Notes: generated by a model from the letters alone, not told the origin. A DNA stretch of 44,993 nt from a virus (IMGVR_UViG_3300010052_000222:1-44993); one strand, 5' to 3'; numbered from the stretch's first letter, positions 34,842-43,734 are shown. Translations and numbers: made by a program.

Positions 34842-35623
34842 CCAATGTAGCACATGCGCTTGTGGAACACGAGCCAATGACGCCCGCCGTGCCAGTCTCG
34901 GAGTCGGCGGCAATCTTCCAGATCATCGAACGCGCCGCCCGCGACCCGAATGTCGATCTCGACAAGATGGAGCGCTTGATGGCGATGCGGGAACGCGAAC
35001 TGACGCGCATTGCCCAGACCGCGTTCAACAACGCCATGAAGGACGCGCAGGCTGAGATGCCACAAGTCGCCCGCGATGCCGACAACGACCAGACCAGATC
35101 CCGATACGCCCGCTACGAGACGATCAGTGAGGCAATCCAACCCGTCATCACCAAGCACGGCTTCTCGCTGACCTTCTCTGAAGGCAAGGCCGATCAGCCG
35201 AACCATATCCGCGTCATTTGCGACGTGATGCACGATGCCGGCCACGTCAAGCAATACTACGCCGATGTGCCGTTCGACAATGTGGGCATGAAGGGTAACG
35301 CCAACAAGACCAACACCCACGCCTACGGCTCCACCAAGAGCTACGGCAAGCGCTACCTCAAATGCGACATCTTCGATGTTGCCCTGAAGAACGAGGATGA
35401 CGACGGGAACGGCGCGGGCAATCAGCGGCCGGTCGAATATATCGACAAGGAGCAACTGGCGACGATCCGCCGACTGATCGAAGAGACCGAGTCCGACACC
35501 GCGAAGTTCTGCCAACTCGGCAAGATCAATTCCCTGCCCGAGATGGAGGCGCGTCATTTCGCATCCGCCGTCCAGCTTCTGGAAGCCAAGAAGCAGCGCA
35601 TGGCTGCGGAGGCTTCGCGATGA
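34838..35623 (+). CDS. erf: ERF-family ssDNA annealing protein
   Basis: AFNNAMKDAQAEMP, RYARYETI..AIQPVITKHG and GSTKSYGKRY motifs. Confidence 0.88.
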   Translation: MTNVAHALVEHEPMTPAVPVSESAAIFQIIERAARDPNVDLDKMERLMAMRERELTRIAQTAFNNAMKDAQAEMPQVARDADNDQTRSRYARYETISEAIQPVITKHGFSLTFSEGKADQPNHIRVICDVMHDAGHVKQYYADVPFDNVGMKGNANKTNTHAYGSTKSYGKRYLKCDIFDVALKNEDDDGNGAGNQRPVEYIDKEQLATIRRLIEETESDTAKFCQLGKINSLPEMEARHFASAVQLLEAKKQRMAAEASR

Positions 35624-36219
35624 TCCTCTTTTTCGACACGGAAACGACCGGCTTCTATCAGGATCGCCTACCCGTCGATCATCCTGACCAGCCGTATATC
35701 GTGCAACTGGCAGCGCAACTCTGTGAGGATACCGGCGAACCCATCGCTGGGTTCTCTCTTGTTGTCGATCCTGGAATTTCGGATGGAGTTAACATCCCCG
35801 AACGCGCCGCCGCAGTTCACGGCATCACGAATGAACGGGCGACCCAGCTTGGGGTTTCGGCTGAGTTTGCCCTGTCCGCGTTCACCCATCTCTACCAGCG
35901 CGCCGACCTAATTTGCGCGCACAACATCAAGTTCGACCGGGGCGTGATTGAGGCAGCAATTTCGCGTCACTACAAGAAGGTGATGCCGCTTCGGAAGCCT
36001 CTGTTTTGCACGATGGAGGCGGCAACGCCAATCATCAATCTTCCACCAACTGAGCGCATGAAGGCGGTCGGGTTCGACAAGCCGAAGCCGCCGAAGTTGG
36101 AGGAGTGCATCCGCCATTTCTTCAATGAGAACTTGGACGGCGCGCACGATGCGATGATCGACCTTACCGCCTGTCGGCGCGTCTATCTGCATCTGAAGTC
36201 GCTTGAGGTGGCGTCATGA
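35620..36219 (+). CDS. DEDDh 3'-5' exonuclease (DnaQ-like)
   Basis: FFDTETTG, AHNIKFD and AHDAMID motifs. Confidence 0.92.
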   Translation: MILFFDTETTGFYQDRLPVDHPDQPYIVQLAAQLCEDTGEPIAGFSLVVDPGISDGVNIPERAAAVHGITNERATQLGVSAEFALSAFTHLYQRADLICAHNIKFDRGVIEAAISRHYKKVMPLRKPLFCTMEAATPIINLPPTERMKAVGFDKPKPPKLEECIRHFFNENLDGAHDAMIDLTACRRVYLHLKSLEVAS

Positions 36220-36833
36220 TCCAGATCTTCGATATCGAACAGGGCGGACCTGAGTGGTTCAATGCCCGTCTCGGCATCCCGACCGCCTCCAAGTTCGCGA
36301 CTGTCATGGCGAAGGGCGAGGGCAAGACCCGCAGCGAATACATGCGGAAGCTGGCTGGTGAAATCCTTACCGGCGAACCGTCCGAATCCTTCGCCAGCGT
36401 CCATATGGAGCGCGGCAAGGCGATGGAGGACGAGGCGCGCGACCACTACGCCTTTATCGCAGACGCAGACATTCGGCGCGTGGGGTTCATCCGCAATGCC
36501 AATCGCGGCGCAAGTCCTGACAGCCTAGTTGGCGACAACGGCGGGCTGGAGATCAAGACTGCGCTGCCGCACATCCAGATCGACCGGCTGGAGCGCGACC
36601 GCCTGCCGCCCGAACACAAGGCCCAGGTTCAAGGCAGTCTCTGGATTGCCGAGCGCGAGTGGTGGGACTTCGTTTCCTACTGGCCACGGCTCCCGCCGCT
36701 GATCAAGCGCGTCTTCCGCGACGAGCCTTACATCAAGGAAATGGCCGCAGAGATCGACCGTTTCAACGACGAGCTTGCAACGCTTGTCGAGCGCATCCGC
36801 AACTACGAACCCGAATTGAAGGAAGCAGCCTGA
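36216..36833 (+). CDS. YqaJ/lambda-exonuclease family protein
   Basis: EWFNARLGIPTAS, GASPDSL, GLEIK and QVQG motifs. Confidence 0.92.
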   Translation: MIQIFDIEQGGPEWFNARLGIPTASKFATVMAKGEGKTRSEYMRKLAGEILTGEPSESFASVHMERGKAMEDEARDHYAFIADADIRRVGFIRNANRGASPDSLVGDNGGLEIKTALPHIQIDRLERDRLPPEHKAQVQGSLWIAEREWWDFVSYWPRLPPLIKRVFRDEPYIKEMAAEIDRFNDELATLVERIRNYEPELKEAA

Positions 36834-37120
36834 TGGCCGAACGTCTCGATGCAGTTGTCGCGCGCGAATACACCGACCGCGACGGCAACAAGAAGTCCAG
36901 CTTCACGAAGATCGGCGCGGCCTTCGCCATGAAGAACGGCGGCTGGTCGCTGTCGCTCGATGCGCTGCCCCTGCCAACCATGGGCGAACGCGGGCTTGAG
37001 ACGCGCATCCTGTTGATGGTGCCAAAGCCGAGGGACGATGCCTCGCGTCAGTCCGATGGATATGCGGCGGCATCGGGAGGCGGTCGGGCGCGCGAAATTG
37101 ACGATGAGATTCAATTCTAG
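36833..37120 (+). CDS. Small single-stranded DNA-binding protein
   Basis: FTKIGAAF...LSLDALP core and acidic tail DDEIQF. Confidence 0.75.
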   Translation: MAERLDAVVAREYTDRDGNKKSSFTKIGAAFAMKNGGWSLSLDALPLPTMGERGLETRILLMVPKPRDDASRQSDGYAAASGGGRAREIDDEIQF

Positions 37121-37129
37121 GAGGTCGTC

Positions 37130-37591
37130 GTGGTCCAGCGCATCGTAAAGAACTCTGACGACCTGGCTTTGCTCAAGGTCTACCTGGATGGTCGGAAACG
37201 CCCGTTCACGGTGGATATCACGGAAGGGCGCGACCGCTCGACCGAGCAGAACCGGCTTGCCTTCAAGTGGTATGTCGAGATCAGCGACCAGACCGGTGAA
37301 GACCGGGAGGACGTGCGTGCGCGCTGCAAACTCGAGGTCGGCGTTCCGATCCTGCGGGCTGAGGTGGCGAGGTTCCGGGAGACTTACGACCGGCTCATCA
37401 AGCCCCTTCACCCCACCCAGAAGCTGGCCCTGATCCGGGACATTGAACTCCCGGTCACCAGCCTGCTGAACGTCGAGCAGATGAGCCGGTATCTCGACAT
37501 CGTGTTCCGCCGCCATGCCGAAATCGGCGTGGTCCTGACCATCCCGCCGGATCGGTATGCGTTCGCACCGGAAAGGAAGGTGGCAGCGTGA
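37130..37591 (+). CDS. NinB/Orf-like recombination accessory protein
   Basis: RSTEQNRL..W..EI and TSLLNVEQMSRYLD motifs. Confidence 0.75.
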   Translation: MVQRIVKNSDDLALLKVYLDGRKRPFTVDITEGRDRSTEQNRLAFKWYVEISDQTGEDREDVRARCKLEVGVPILRAEVARFRETYDRLIKPLHPTQKLALIRDIELPVTSLLNVEQMSRYLDIVFRRHAEIGVVLTIPPDRYAFAPERKVAA

Positions 37592-37785
37592 ACCTCTCCC
37601 ACGCCCCTGCCAACATCCGCAGCTCCCGCAAGCGCATGAAGGCTTTCGAGGCCAACATCAGCCAGCTTGCCGAATGGAAGCTTGACCGGGATTTCCATCG
37701 GAACTTCGAAGAATTGGAGCGCGTCTTGCTCGCCGCCAATGACGGCATAGGGCAGCTCGATCCGCGTCATATGAGGATGATCTGA
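37588..37785 (+). CDS. Hypothetical protein
   Basis: GTGA-coupled, 65 aa. Confidence 0.6.
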   Translation: MNLSHAPANIRSSRKRMKAFEANISQLAEWKLDRDFHRNFEELERVLLAANDGIGQLDPRHMRMI

Positions 37786-37786
37786 T

Positions 37787-38020
37787 ATGGGGCCTATACT
37801 CAAGCGTAACGATAGCCCTCTCCCGTTCCAGACATGGCGCGCATTCGCCGCTCAGGAAATCGTTCAGGTTTGGAACGCTTACGGTGATAGCCGGGTCGGT
37901 CCGGCCAGTGACTTCTGGTGGGGATACGAACAGGAAATGGGTTGCACCAGCGACGGAGTTATCATCCGCGCCCGCCGGCTTTGCCGCCCCCGTTCTGCCC
38001 TCTCTCAGAGGGGAGGCTGA
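37787..38020 (+). CDS. Hypothetical protein
   Basis: 77 aa; GAGGA RBS. Confidence 0.65.
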   Translation: MGPILKRNDSPLPFQTWRAFAAQEIVQVWNAYGDSRVGPASDFWWGYEQEMGCTSDGVIIRARRLCRPRSALSQRGG

Positions 38021-38022
38021 CA

Positions 38023-38316
38023 ATGGCGCGCGAAAGCTTCGACGCAAGCGACCCGTTCGACTCGATGGCGGAAAGCATCCGACGTGCAACGGTGGATGTG
38101 ATCCTCAGCCATATGAAGATCGCCCTGTTCAGGGATTTACCTCCGGCGCAGCAGTTACAGGCATTCGTGGCCGGGACGATGACGGCGGTCCTTGGATGCT
38201 CATTCGTCTACGTCACGCCAGACGGCAGAGACGCGGTCGAAGAGATGGTTACTGGGTTTGTCCGTGATGCGCGTCTGAACGCCGAAGCCATCGCCGATGA
38301 CGCGGAGGCTGCATAG
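38023..38316 (+). CDS. Hypothetical protein
   Basis: GGAGG RBS before MARESFD. Confidence 0.7.
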   Translation: MARESFDASDPFDSMAESIRRATVDVILSHMKIALFRDLPPAQQLQAFVAGTMTAVLGCSFVYVTPDGRDAVEEMVTGFVRDARLNAEAIADDAEAA

Positions 38317-38736
38317 ATGCCCCGCCGCGAGTTCACCAAGGCCGTCTACGCGCAGATCGTGCATCGCGCCACGAGCCGCGACGGCCATATCGTCTGCGAA
38401 GGATGCGGCCTCGTTCTCGGCAAGAAGCCTTGGAACGTCGATCACACCACTGCCGACGCGCTCCATCTCGACAAGACGCGGAAGCTGACTGCCGACGACG
38501 GGAAGCTGCTGGGCAAGGCGTGCTGCCACGATCCGAAGACATTCGGGGAGGACATCCCCGCCATCGCCAAGGCCAAGCGCCGCGAGGCCAAGCATACGGG
38601 CATCACGCGGCCCGCTGGCAGGCTCAGTGGCGCTCCTTTCGCCAAGACCGACAAAGCAGCCGCCCGAGCCGAGAGGGCTGCTGGCAAGCCTCCCCTCGCC
38701 CCGAAGCAGATTTACGCGCAAGCGCAAGGAGACTGA
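38317..38736 (+). CDS. HNH endonuclease-like protein
   Basis: CEGCG...VDH...CCH..KT pattern. Confidence 0.8.
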   Translation: MPRREFTKAVYAQIVHRATSRDGHIVCEGCGLVLGKKPWNVDHTTADALHLDKTRKLTADDGKLLGKACCHDPKTFGEDIPAIAKAKRREAKHTGITRPAGRLSGAPFAKTDKAAARAERAAGKPPLAPKQIYAQAQGD

Positions 38737-38737
38737 C

Positions 38738-39130
38738 ATGACCCGCACACTTGACGCCGGCACTTCCCGGCCCGCGCTTCCCGAGACCGAGACCAGGAAG
38801 GCGCTGGAGCGAATGGTCGCTCTATACGAGGGCGAGTATGATGCCGATGCGCCGTTTATTCGCCCCGACTGGTTGGTCGCCGCTCTAGCGTCAGAAGACG
38901 TGCAGGGGTGGCGGACGATCACCACGGCACCCAAGGATGGGACGAATATCCTTTATCGAAACCAGTTCCGCGAGATCGGGTTCTGCCACTGGAACGAAGG
39001 CTACGATGACGAAGACCAGCCGTGCTGGTGGGACAACGAACGCGACGACGAAGTTGTCCCGACTGTTTGGCTGCCAACTGACGCGCTGCCTGCGTTCTCC
39101 GCCCCGCCAGCCCCGGAGACACGGACATGA
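38738..39130 (+). CDS. DUF551-like protein
   Basis: WRTITTAPKDGTNIL...PTVWLP; AAGGAG RBS. Confidence 0.75.
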   Translation: MTRTLDAGTSRPALPETETRKALERMVALYEGEYDADAPFIRPDWLVAALASEDVQGWRTITTAPKDGTNILYRNQFREIGFCHWNEGYDDEDQPCWWDNERDDEVVPTVWLPTDALPAFSAPPAPETRT

Positions 39131-39639
39131 GTGACCTTTTTGCGCTCCAAAGTTCCGCTGTGTTCTCGGCGTGCGGCCTATACCGCCACCGACTAGACCG
39201 CGACGTGCAAGAGGCCGGGCTGGTGTATCTTTTCAGCGGCGTCAATGGCTCCACAGCCGGCGCGAACGTCGAAGACCAGACCACATTGAAGTGGCGCGGG
39301 TTCACCCTCCGCAACAACGGTCGGAAATACATCGCGGTCAACCCGTTCGGCAAATGGGCGAAGGACGTTCGTGAACTTGCGAAAGTCGCCGATCCGGTCG
39401 GGCCGGATAACGCTCGTCATGTAGCGGAAGCTATTGCCGAGGCCGACATTTTGGTTCCGTGCTGGGGAAGCCGGGACAAGATACCGCCGCGTCTATGGCC
39501 GCATCTGGATGCGATGCGCGACCTGTTTTTCGCGTCCGGCAAGCCCGTCAAGGTCTTTGGGTTCACCAAGTCAGGTGACCCGAAGCACCCGCTGATGCTC
39601 GGCTACAACACTCCTCTGACAGATTGGACACGGACATGA
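39127..39639 (+). CDS. DUF1643-family protein
   Basis: AVFSACGLYRHRL, N.STA...DQT, VN.F, WG and TKSGDPKHPL motifs. Confidence 0.88.
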   Translation: MSDLFALQSSAVFSACGLYRHRLDRDVQEAGLVYLFSGVNGSTAGANVEDQTTLKWRGFTLRNNGRKYIAVNPFGKWAKDVRELAKVADPVGPDNARHVAEAIAEADILVPCWGSRDKIPPRLWPHLDAMRDLFFASGKPVKVFGFTKSGDPKHPLMLGYNTPLTDWTRT

Positions 39640-40868
39640 GCGGGCTGGATGAGAAGGGCTTGGCTCCATGCCCATTTTGTGGCGGCGTTGCCGAAATCGT
39701 TCATATCGAGGAGGGCGAGAATGCCGGCGGCTCCTGTGTATGCTGCACGCAGTGCCTGGCTAGTGGAAACGTCGAATTCGAGTTCAAGGAAAACTTCGTC
39801 TCGAACTGGAACCGTCGCGCGCCCCTCTCTGCCGTAGGGCCGAAGGCCGGGACGGTGGGGGTGAAGGCTCTGGAGTGGCGTCACCGCGACTTCCCCGTGC
39901 GACAAGAACGTGCGGAAACAATGTTTGGTCCCTACACTGTTACGGACGGCGGAAATACGCTGTCAGACGATCCTTTTTGGGAGGGGCCGGGATGGGGCGG
40001 CGGCCACGCCCGAGACTTTGATGCCGCCAAAGCCGCCGCGCAGGCCGATTACGAGGCTCGCATCCTCTCCGCTCTCACCCCCGCCCCATCAGTGGCGGAG
40101 GCTGCGGAGCCGGTGGCTTGGCGATATCAGTTTGATGATGGTCTGTGGTCTGATTGGCAAAACGGTGCTCCGCCTGATCCGGGTCTCAGCAAACTGAATG
40201 TTGAACGAGCATACGCCCGCCCCGCTCCATCGGTGGCGGAGGCTGACCTAGCCCGTATCGATGAGATGATGGGCGGACAAGGCGATGATGACGGGATGCA
40301 GATTCTGCCCGAGTTCGAAGACGGCATGTCCATTGTCGCTAAGGTTGAGGCCTGTCTGTTTCTGCTGGAGAAACGCAGGGACGTCATCGAAGGCTTTCTC
40401 GCCAAAGCCCCTGCCCCACCATCGCCTGTTCAAGACGAACTGGAGGCGCTGTCAGCCCAAGACCTGCTGATGATCATAGCCGGTATCAAGCAGTTCGGAT
40501 TAGCCGGCGACGGTGCCGATCTCCGCGATCTCGAAGCCGCCATCACCGCCCTCATGCGGGAGCGCTCGATGATTGCCGAGCATGTTAGGAAGCTTATTCC
40601 TGAAGGCCAGTCGAAATCTCAGGCGGACAGTGTCTACGGCATCATTGGTTGCATTGAGCATTTTCGCGAAACGAGTGAGTCCGCCGAACGCGACCTCTTC
40701 GCAGCGGAGGAAGTGATCCGACCGTTTGCGGAGGCATCGAAGGCGTTCGACGACGCCGCTCATCAATTTGGCGGCGTGCTGCGGCCCGACAGTGGTAAGC
40801 CTAGAACCGAATTCACGCATGGGCAGTTGCGTGCCGCCGCTCGCTGGCATGCAGGGAGGGCGAAGTGA
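39636..40868 (+). CDS. Mosaic protein with N-terminal Lar-like zinc finger
   Basis: LAPCPFCGG...CTQC...WNRR; VKALEW...AKAAAQADYEARILSAL module; EPVAW module. Confidence 0.8.
   Translation: MSGLDEKGLAPCPFCGGVAEIVHIEEGENAGGSCVCCTQCLASGNVEFEFKENFVSNWNRRAPLSAVGPKAGTVGVKALEWRHRDFPVRQERAETMFGPYTVTDGGNTLSDDPFWEGPGWGGGHARDFDAAKAAAQADYEARILSALTPAPSVAEAAEPVAWRYQFDDGLWSDWQNGAPPDPGLSKLNVERAYARPAPSVAEADLARIDEMMGGQGDDDGMQILPEFEDGMSIVAKVEACLFLLEKRRDVIEGFLAKAPAPPSPVQDELEALSAQDLLMIIAGIKQFGLAGDGADLRDLEAAITALMRERSMIAEHVRKLIPEGQSKSQADSVYGIIGCIEHFRETSESAERDLFAAEEVIRPFAEASKAFDDAAHQFGGVLRPDSGKPRTEFTHGQLRAAARWHAGRAK
40079..40245 (+). repeat. 26-bp direct repeat (2 mismatches) encoding PAPSVAEA
   Basis: ccccgccccatcagtggcggaggctg (40079-40104) and ccccgctccatcggtggcggaggctg (40220-40245). 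Confidence 0.85.
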
Positions 40869-41119
40869 TGGCGAAACTCTACTGGCCGTGGGACCGCTTC
40901 GCCGAATACGAAGCCGAAATCGACTGTCTCCGCTCCGATCTCTCCACCGCCCTCGCGCGCAATGCCGAGATTGAGGGGGAGACGATCGAGCGGTGCAAGA
41001 AAATTATCCGAACCTATGGCCCGGCCAGCGATTTCACCCGCGACGGCATTTGCGATTGGATTGATCTTCGCTCGGCCGCCGCCATCCGTTCCAGCGCACA
41101 GGAGAAGGCAGATGGGTGA
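40868..41119 (+). CDS. Hypothetical protein
   Basis: GGGAGG RBS; TGATG coupling. Confidence 0.7.
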   Translation: MAKLYWPWDRFAEYEAEIDCLRSDLSTALARNAEIEGETIERCKKIIRTYGPASDFTRDGICDWIDLRSAAAIRSSAQEKADG

Positions 41120-41396
41120 GCCATTTCCGAAGCACGGCCCCGAATTCAACCAATGGAACGGCGGGCTGTTGCGCCTTGCCACATTGATCGAAAGCGCTGC
41201 CGACGAGTTCTGGTGGTGCTGCGACACGCAACTGAAATACCTATCGCTCACGATCGATACTCGCGACGGCGGCTACGTCTTGAAGGATCGCGACGGCACA
41301 GTGATCCAACCCGAGCGCGTCGAAGCGGCAATCGAAAAATGGCGCGAAAAGCACGGCGGTCCAATCGCTCGGCGCAAGGAGCCCTCCAATGTCTAA
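41112..41396 (+). CDS. Hypothetical protein
   Basis: GGAGAAGG RBS before MGEPFPK. Confidence 0.7.
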   Translation: MGEPFPKHGPEFNQWNGGLLRLATLIESAADEFWWCCDTQLKYLSLTIDTRDGGYVLKDRDGTVIQPERVEAAIEKWREKHGGPIARRKEPSNV

Positions 41397-41811
41397 CCCC
41401 TCCCCAGAAGTCATGAAGCTGGCGCGGGAGATGCGCGAGGGCTTGGAAGGCGTGACGGCCGGCGAATGGTGCGAAGGCGACAGGTGGATTTTTGTCGAGT
41501 CGCGCTCGGGCATCGCGAGCCATGCGCCCGAAAACATCCTGTCCGACAAAACGCCAGAAGCGCAGCAGAACGTCCGACACATCGTCAATTGCCAGCCCGA
41601 CAACATCCGCCTCCTACTCGACGCCCTCGAAGCGCAGGCGGCAAGGATAGAGGAACTGGAGCGCGCGCTGAAGCCGTTTGCGTTAGAGGCGGAGCAGTGG
41701 ACCGGTTTCGAGGATGATGAGCCGCTGGTCGAAGGCTGGAAGGGTGGGCCGTCCACTCAACTCTACGTCCGCGATCTTCGATTCGCCCACTCCACTCTGG
41801 AGGGGAAGTAG
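41389..41811 (+). CDS. Ead/Ea22-like protein
   Basis: VTAGEW...HIVNCQPDNIRLLLDALE pattern; AAGGAG RBS. Confidence 0.7.
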   Translation: MSNPSPEVMKLAREMREGLEGVTAGEWCEGDRWIFVESRSGIASHAPENILSDKTPEAQQNVRHIVNCQPDNIRLLLDALEAQAARIEELERALKPFALEAEQWTGFEDDEPLVEGWKGGPSTQLYVRDLRFAHSTLEGK

Positions 41812-41813
41812 CC

Positions 41814-42338
41814 ATGGAGGCGATACGCGAACGAGTGCTTTTCCTCGACGTAGACGGCGTGCTGAACAACGAAGGCGTGTTTAGCGACCGCCGTTTTGGC
41901 TTCCTCCCGATAGACAATCTGTGCGTTGAGCGTCTCCACCGCGTTGTGCGCGAGACGGAGTGCAGCATCGTTCTTTCGTCGGCCTGGCGCGGCAGTGACT
42001 GGCATGAACGCAAGCTGGAGGCTGAATTCGTCTTCGAATGCTACTTCGGTGAATTGCCCCATGCCGAGCGCATCAATGTCCGTCACGAGGACGGCTCTAC
42101 AAAACGCCTGAGCGGCGCGGATTACAATGGCCGAGGCAGCGAGATCGCCGAATGGCTTTCGCGGCATCCAGAGGTCAAGCAATACGCGATTGTTGACGAC
42201 GATGGTGACATGCTGCCGGATCAAATGGAGAGGTTCGTTCAGACCACGTTCGAAACCGGCCTTTCAAACCAACACGCCGACCAATTGATCGCCACCCTCC
42301 GCGCCCGTCTCGCAGAACACCGGGAGGGCGGGGAGTGA
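41814..42338 (+). CDS. HAD-superfamily phosphatase (Swiss-Army-Knife RNA-repair type)
   Basis: FLDVDGVLN, IVLSSAWR, RGSEIAEWL and YAIVDD motifs. Confidence 0.88.
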   Translation: MEAIRERVLFLDVDGVLNNEGVFSDRRFGFLPIDNLCVERLHRVVRETECSIVLSSAWRGSDWHERKLEAEFVFECYFGELPHAERINVRHEDGSTKRLSGADYNGRGSEIAEWLSRHPEVKQYAIVDDDGDMLPDQMERFVQTTFETGLSNQHADQLIATLRARLAEHREGGE

Positions 42339-42685
42339 CGAGAGCGCTAACCATGGAGCAGGCTGCGGATTCCTTGTGTGTCTCACGCCGTGCAATGCAG
42401 GAAATCGTGAAGCGACACCCGTTCTATTATGTGAATGGCCGGCGAAAGCTGTTCACGGATTCCGATCTCATCGCTATCGTCGCTGGTCTTCGGAAGGAAG
42501 CCGCCCAATGCCGCTCAAGCTTCACCCGCCCCGAAAAGGCCGCTCGCCGAACTATTCGATCCGAGGCACATACCTCGGCGAATACGTTGACCGAACTACA
42601 GGAACTCCTGTCGAGGCCACAGCGAAGCAAATCCTCGCGGCCATCAAGCGAGACATCGAACGTGGTCGCACTGCCGAACCGGTAG
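42335..42685 (+). CDS. xis: Excisionase-like HTH protein
   Basis: LTMEQAADSLCVSRRAM...GRRKLFT; directly upstream of and overlapping the integrase. Confidence 0.75.
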   Translation: MTRALTMEQAADSLCVSRRAMQEIVKRHPFYYVNGRRKLFTDSDLIAIVAGLRKEAAQCRSSFTRPEKAARRTIRSEAHTSANTLTELQELLSRPQRSKSSRPSSETSNVVALPNR

Positions 42686-43635
42686 CATCGGAAAAGCTTG
42701 AACCGACATTCGAGAAAGCCGCCCTCGAATATATCAAGTCGGGCGGCGACGGCCAATACCTGGGACGCTTTGATCCCAAAGCCAAGGTGTGGACGGGTGG
42801 CGTGATTCCCGAACTGATAGGCAAGCCGCTCTCTGCAATCACACAGCAAGTCATCGACCAATGCGCGGTGACGCTTTACCCCACCGCATCAGCCGCCACC
42901 CGCAATAGGCAGGTCCATACGCCCATATCGGCTGTGCTGAAACACGCCGGAGTGGACTTCAAGATCAGGCGCCCGAAGGGCTGGCGCGGCAAAAGACGCG
43001 TGACATGGATGGAGCCGAAAGAGGCATTCGCCATGCTGGCAGAAGCCAAGGACGAGGATGCCGAGTTCGGCGTCTTCCTTGCTTTCCTGCTCTATACCGG
43101 CTGCCGGCTCAACGAAGGGCTGGCGCTGACATGTGACCGGCTCTCGCTGGTCGATAGCTTCTGCTACCTGCCCCAGACAAAGAATGAGGAACCGCGTGGC
43201 GTCCACCTGCCACCGTTCCTCGTGGCCGAACTGGCAAACCATCCGCGCGGACTGGAGCGCGGCAAGGCGAAGGTGTTTCGGTTTCGCAAGTGCGGGCGGC
43301 TCTACACCCTCATGGGAAAGGTGAAAGACCGGGTAGGGCCAGCCGTATCCGACGTGACGTTCCATATCTTCTGCCACACTTGGGCAACCTGGATGCGTCG
43401 TTACGGGAAGACGGACATCAGCGGGTTGATAGCAACCGGTCGCTGGAAAGATGAGAAATCGGCACGCATCTATGAGCACGTGGTCGCGTCGGAAGAATCA
43501 CGTCGGGCTGATCTGCTGCCGACTCCCGTGAACAAATCAGGAAAGCGCTCCACGGGTTTTCCCCTGAATCAGGTGCCGGGTTCTGCCGATGTTCTCCGCT
43601 CTGTGCCGAGTAGCAGAAAAAAGAATGTGCGCTAA
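42508..43635 (+). CDS. int: Tyrosine integrase with variant catalytic box (HIFCH)
   Basis: YTGCRLNE, TKNE, FHIFCHTWAT and GRW..IY motifs; GGAAGG before ATG 42508; adjacent to a tRNA. Confidence 0.92.
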   Translation: MPLKLHPPRKGRSPNYSIRGTYLGEYVDRTTGTPVEATAKQILAAIKRDIERGRTAEPVASEKLEPTFEKAALEYIKSGGDGQYLGRFDPKAKVWTGGVIPELIGKPLSAITQQVIDQCAVTLYPTASAATRNRQVHTPISAVLKHAGVDFKIRRPKGWRGKRRVTWMEPKEAFAMLAEAKDEDAEFGVFLAFLLYTGCRLNEGLALTCDRLSLVDSFCYLPQTKNEEPRGVHLPPFLVAELANHPRGLERGKAKVFRFRKCGRLYTLMGKVKDRVGPAVSDVTFHIFCHTWATWMRRYGKTDISGLIATGRWKDEKSARIYEHVVASEESRRADLLPTPVNKSGKRSTGFPLNQVPGSADVLRSVPSSRKKNVR

Positions 43636-43659
43636 GGTGTTGAATATGCTATAGGAAAA

Positions 43660-43734
43660 TGGTGGGCGATGCAGGGATTGAACCTGCGACCCCACCCGTG
43701 TGAAGGGTGTGCTCTCCCGCTGAGCTAATCGCCC
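43660..43734 (-). tRNA. tRNA-Val (anticodon CAC), probable prophage attachment site
   Basis: GGGCGATTAGCTCAGCGGGAGAGCA-CACCC-TTCACAC-GGGTG-GGGTCGCAGGTTCAATCCCTGCATCGCCCACCA; full cloverleaf with encoded CCA. Confidence 0.97.

Larger units (their letters stand above)
1..43660. mobile_element. Temperate podovirus-like prophage integrated at tRNA-Val; left boundary outside the window
   Basis: Contiguous lysis, tail, head, packaging, replication, immunity, recombination and integrase modules. The integrase ends about 25 bp from a tRNA 3' end. There is no tape measure or sheath, but tail tubular A/B and ejection proteins are present. Confidence 0.96.

Noticed and set aside
42376-42507. Longer integrase N-terminus from the ORF track
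   Set aside because: Lies within the xis HTH; ATG 42508 has the RBS.
43633-43645. IHF-like site ATTCAACACCTTA (minus strand) beside the att region
   Set aside because: One mismatch to WATCAANNNNTTR and short; plausible but not supportable alone.
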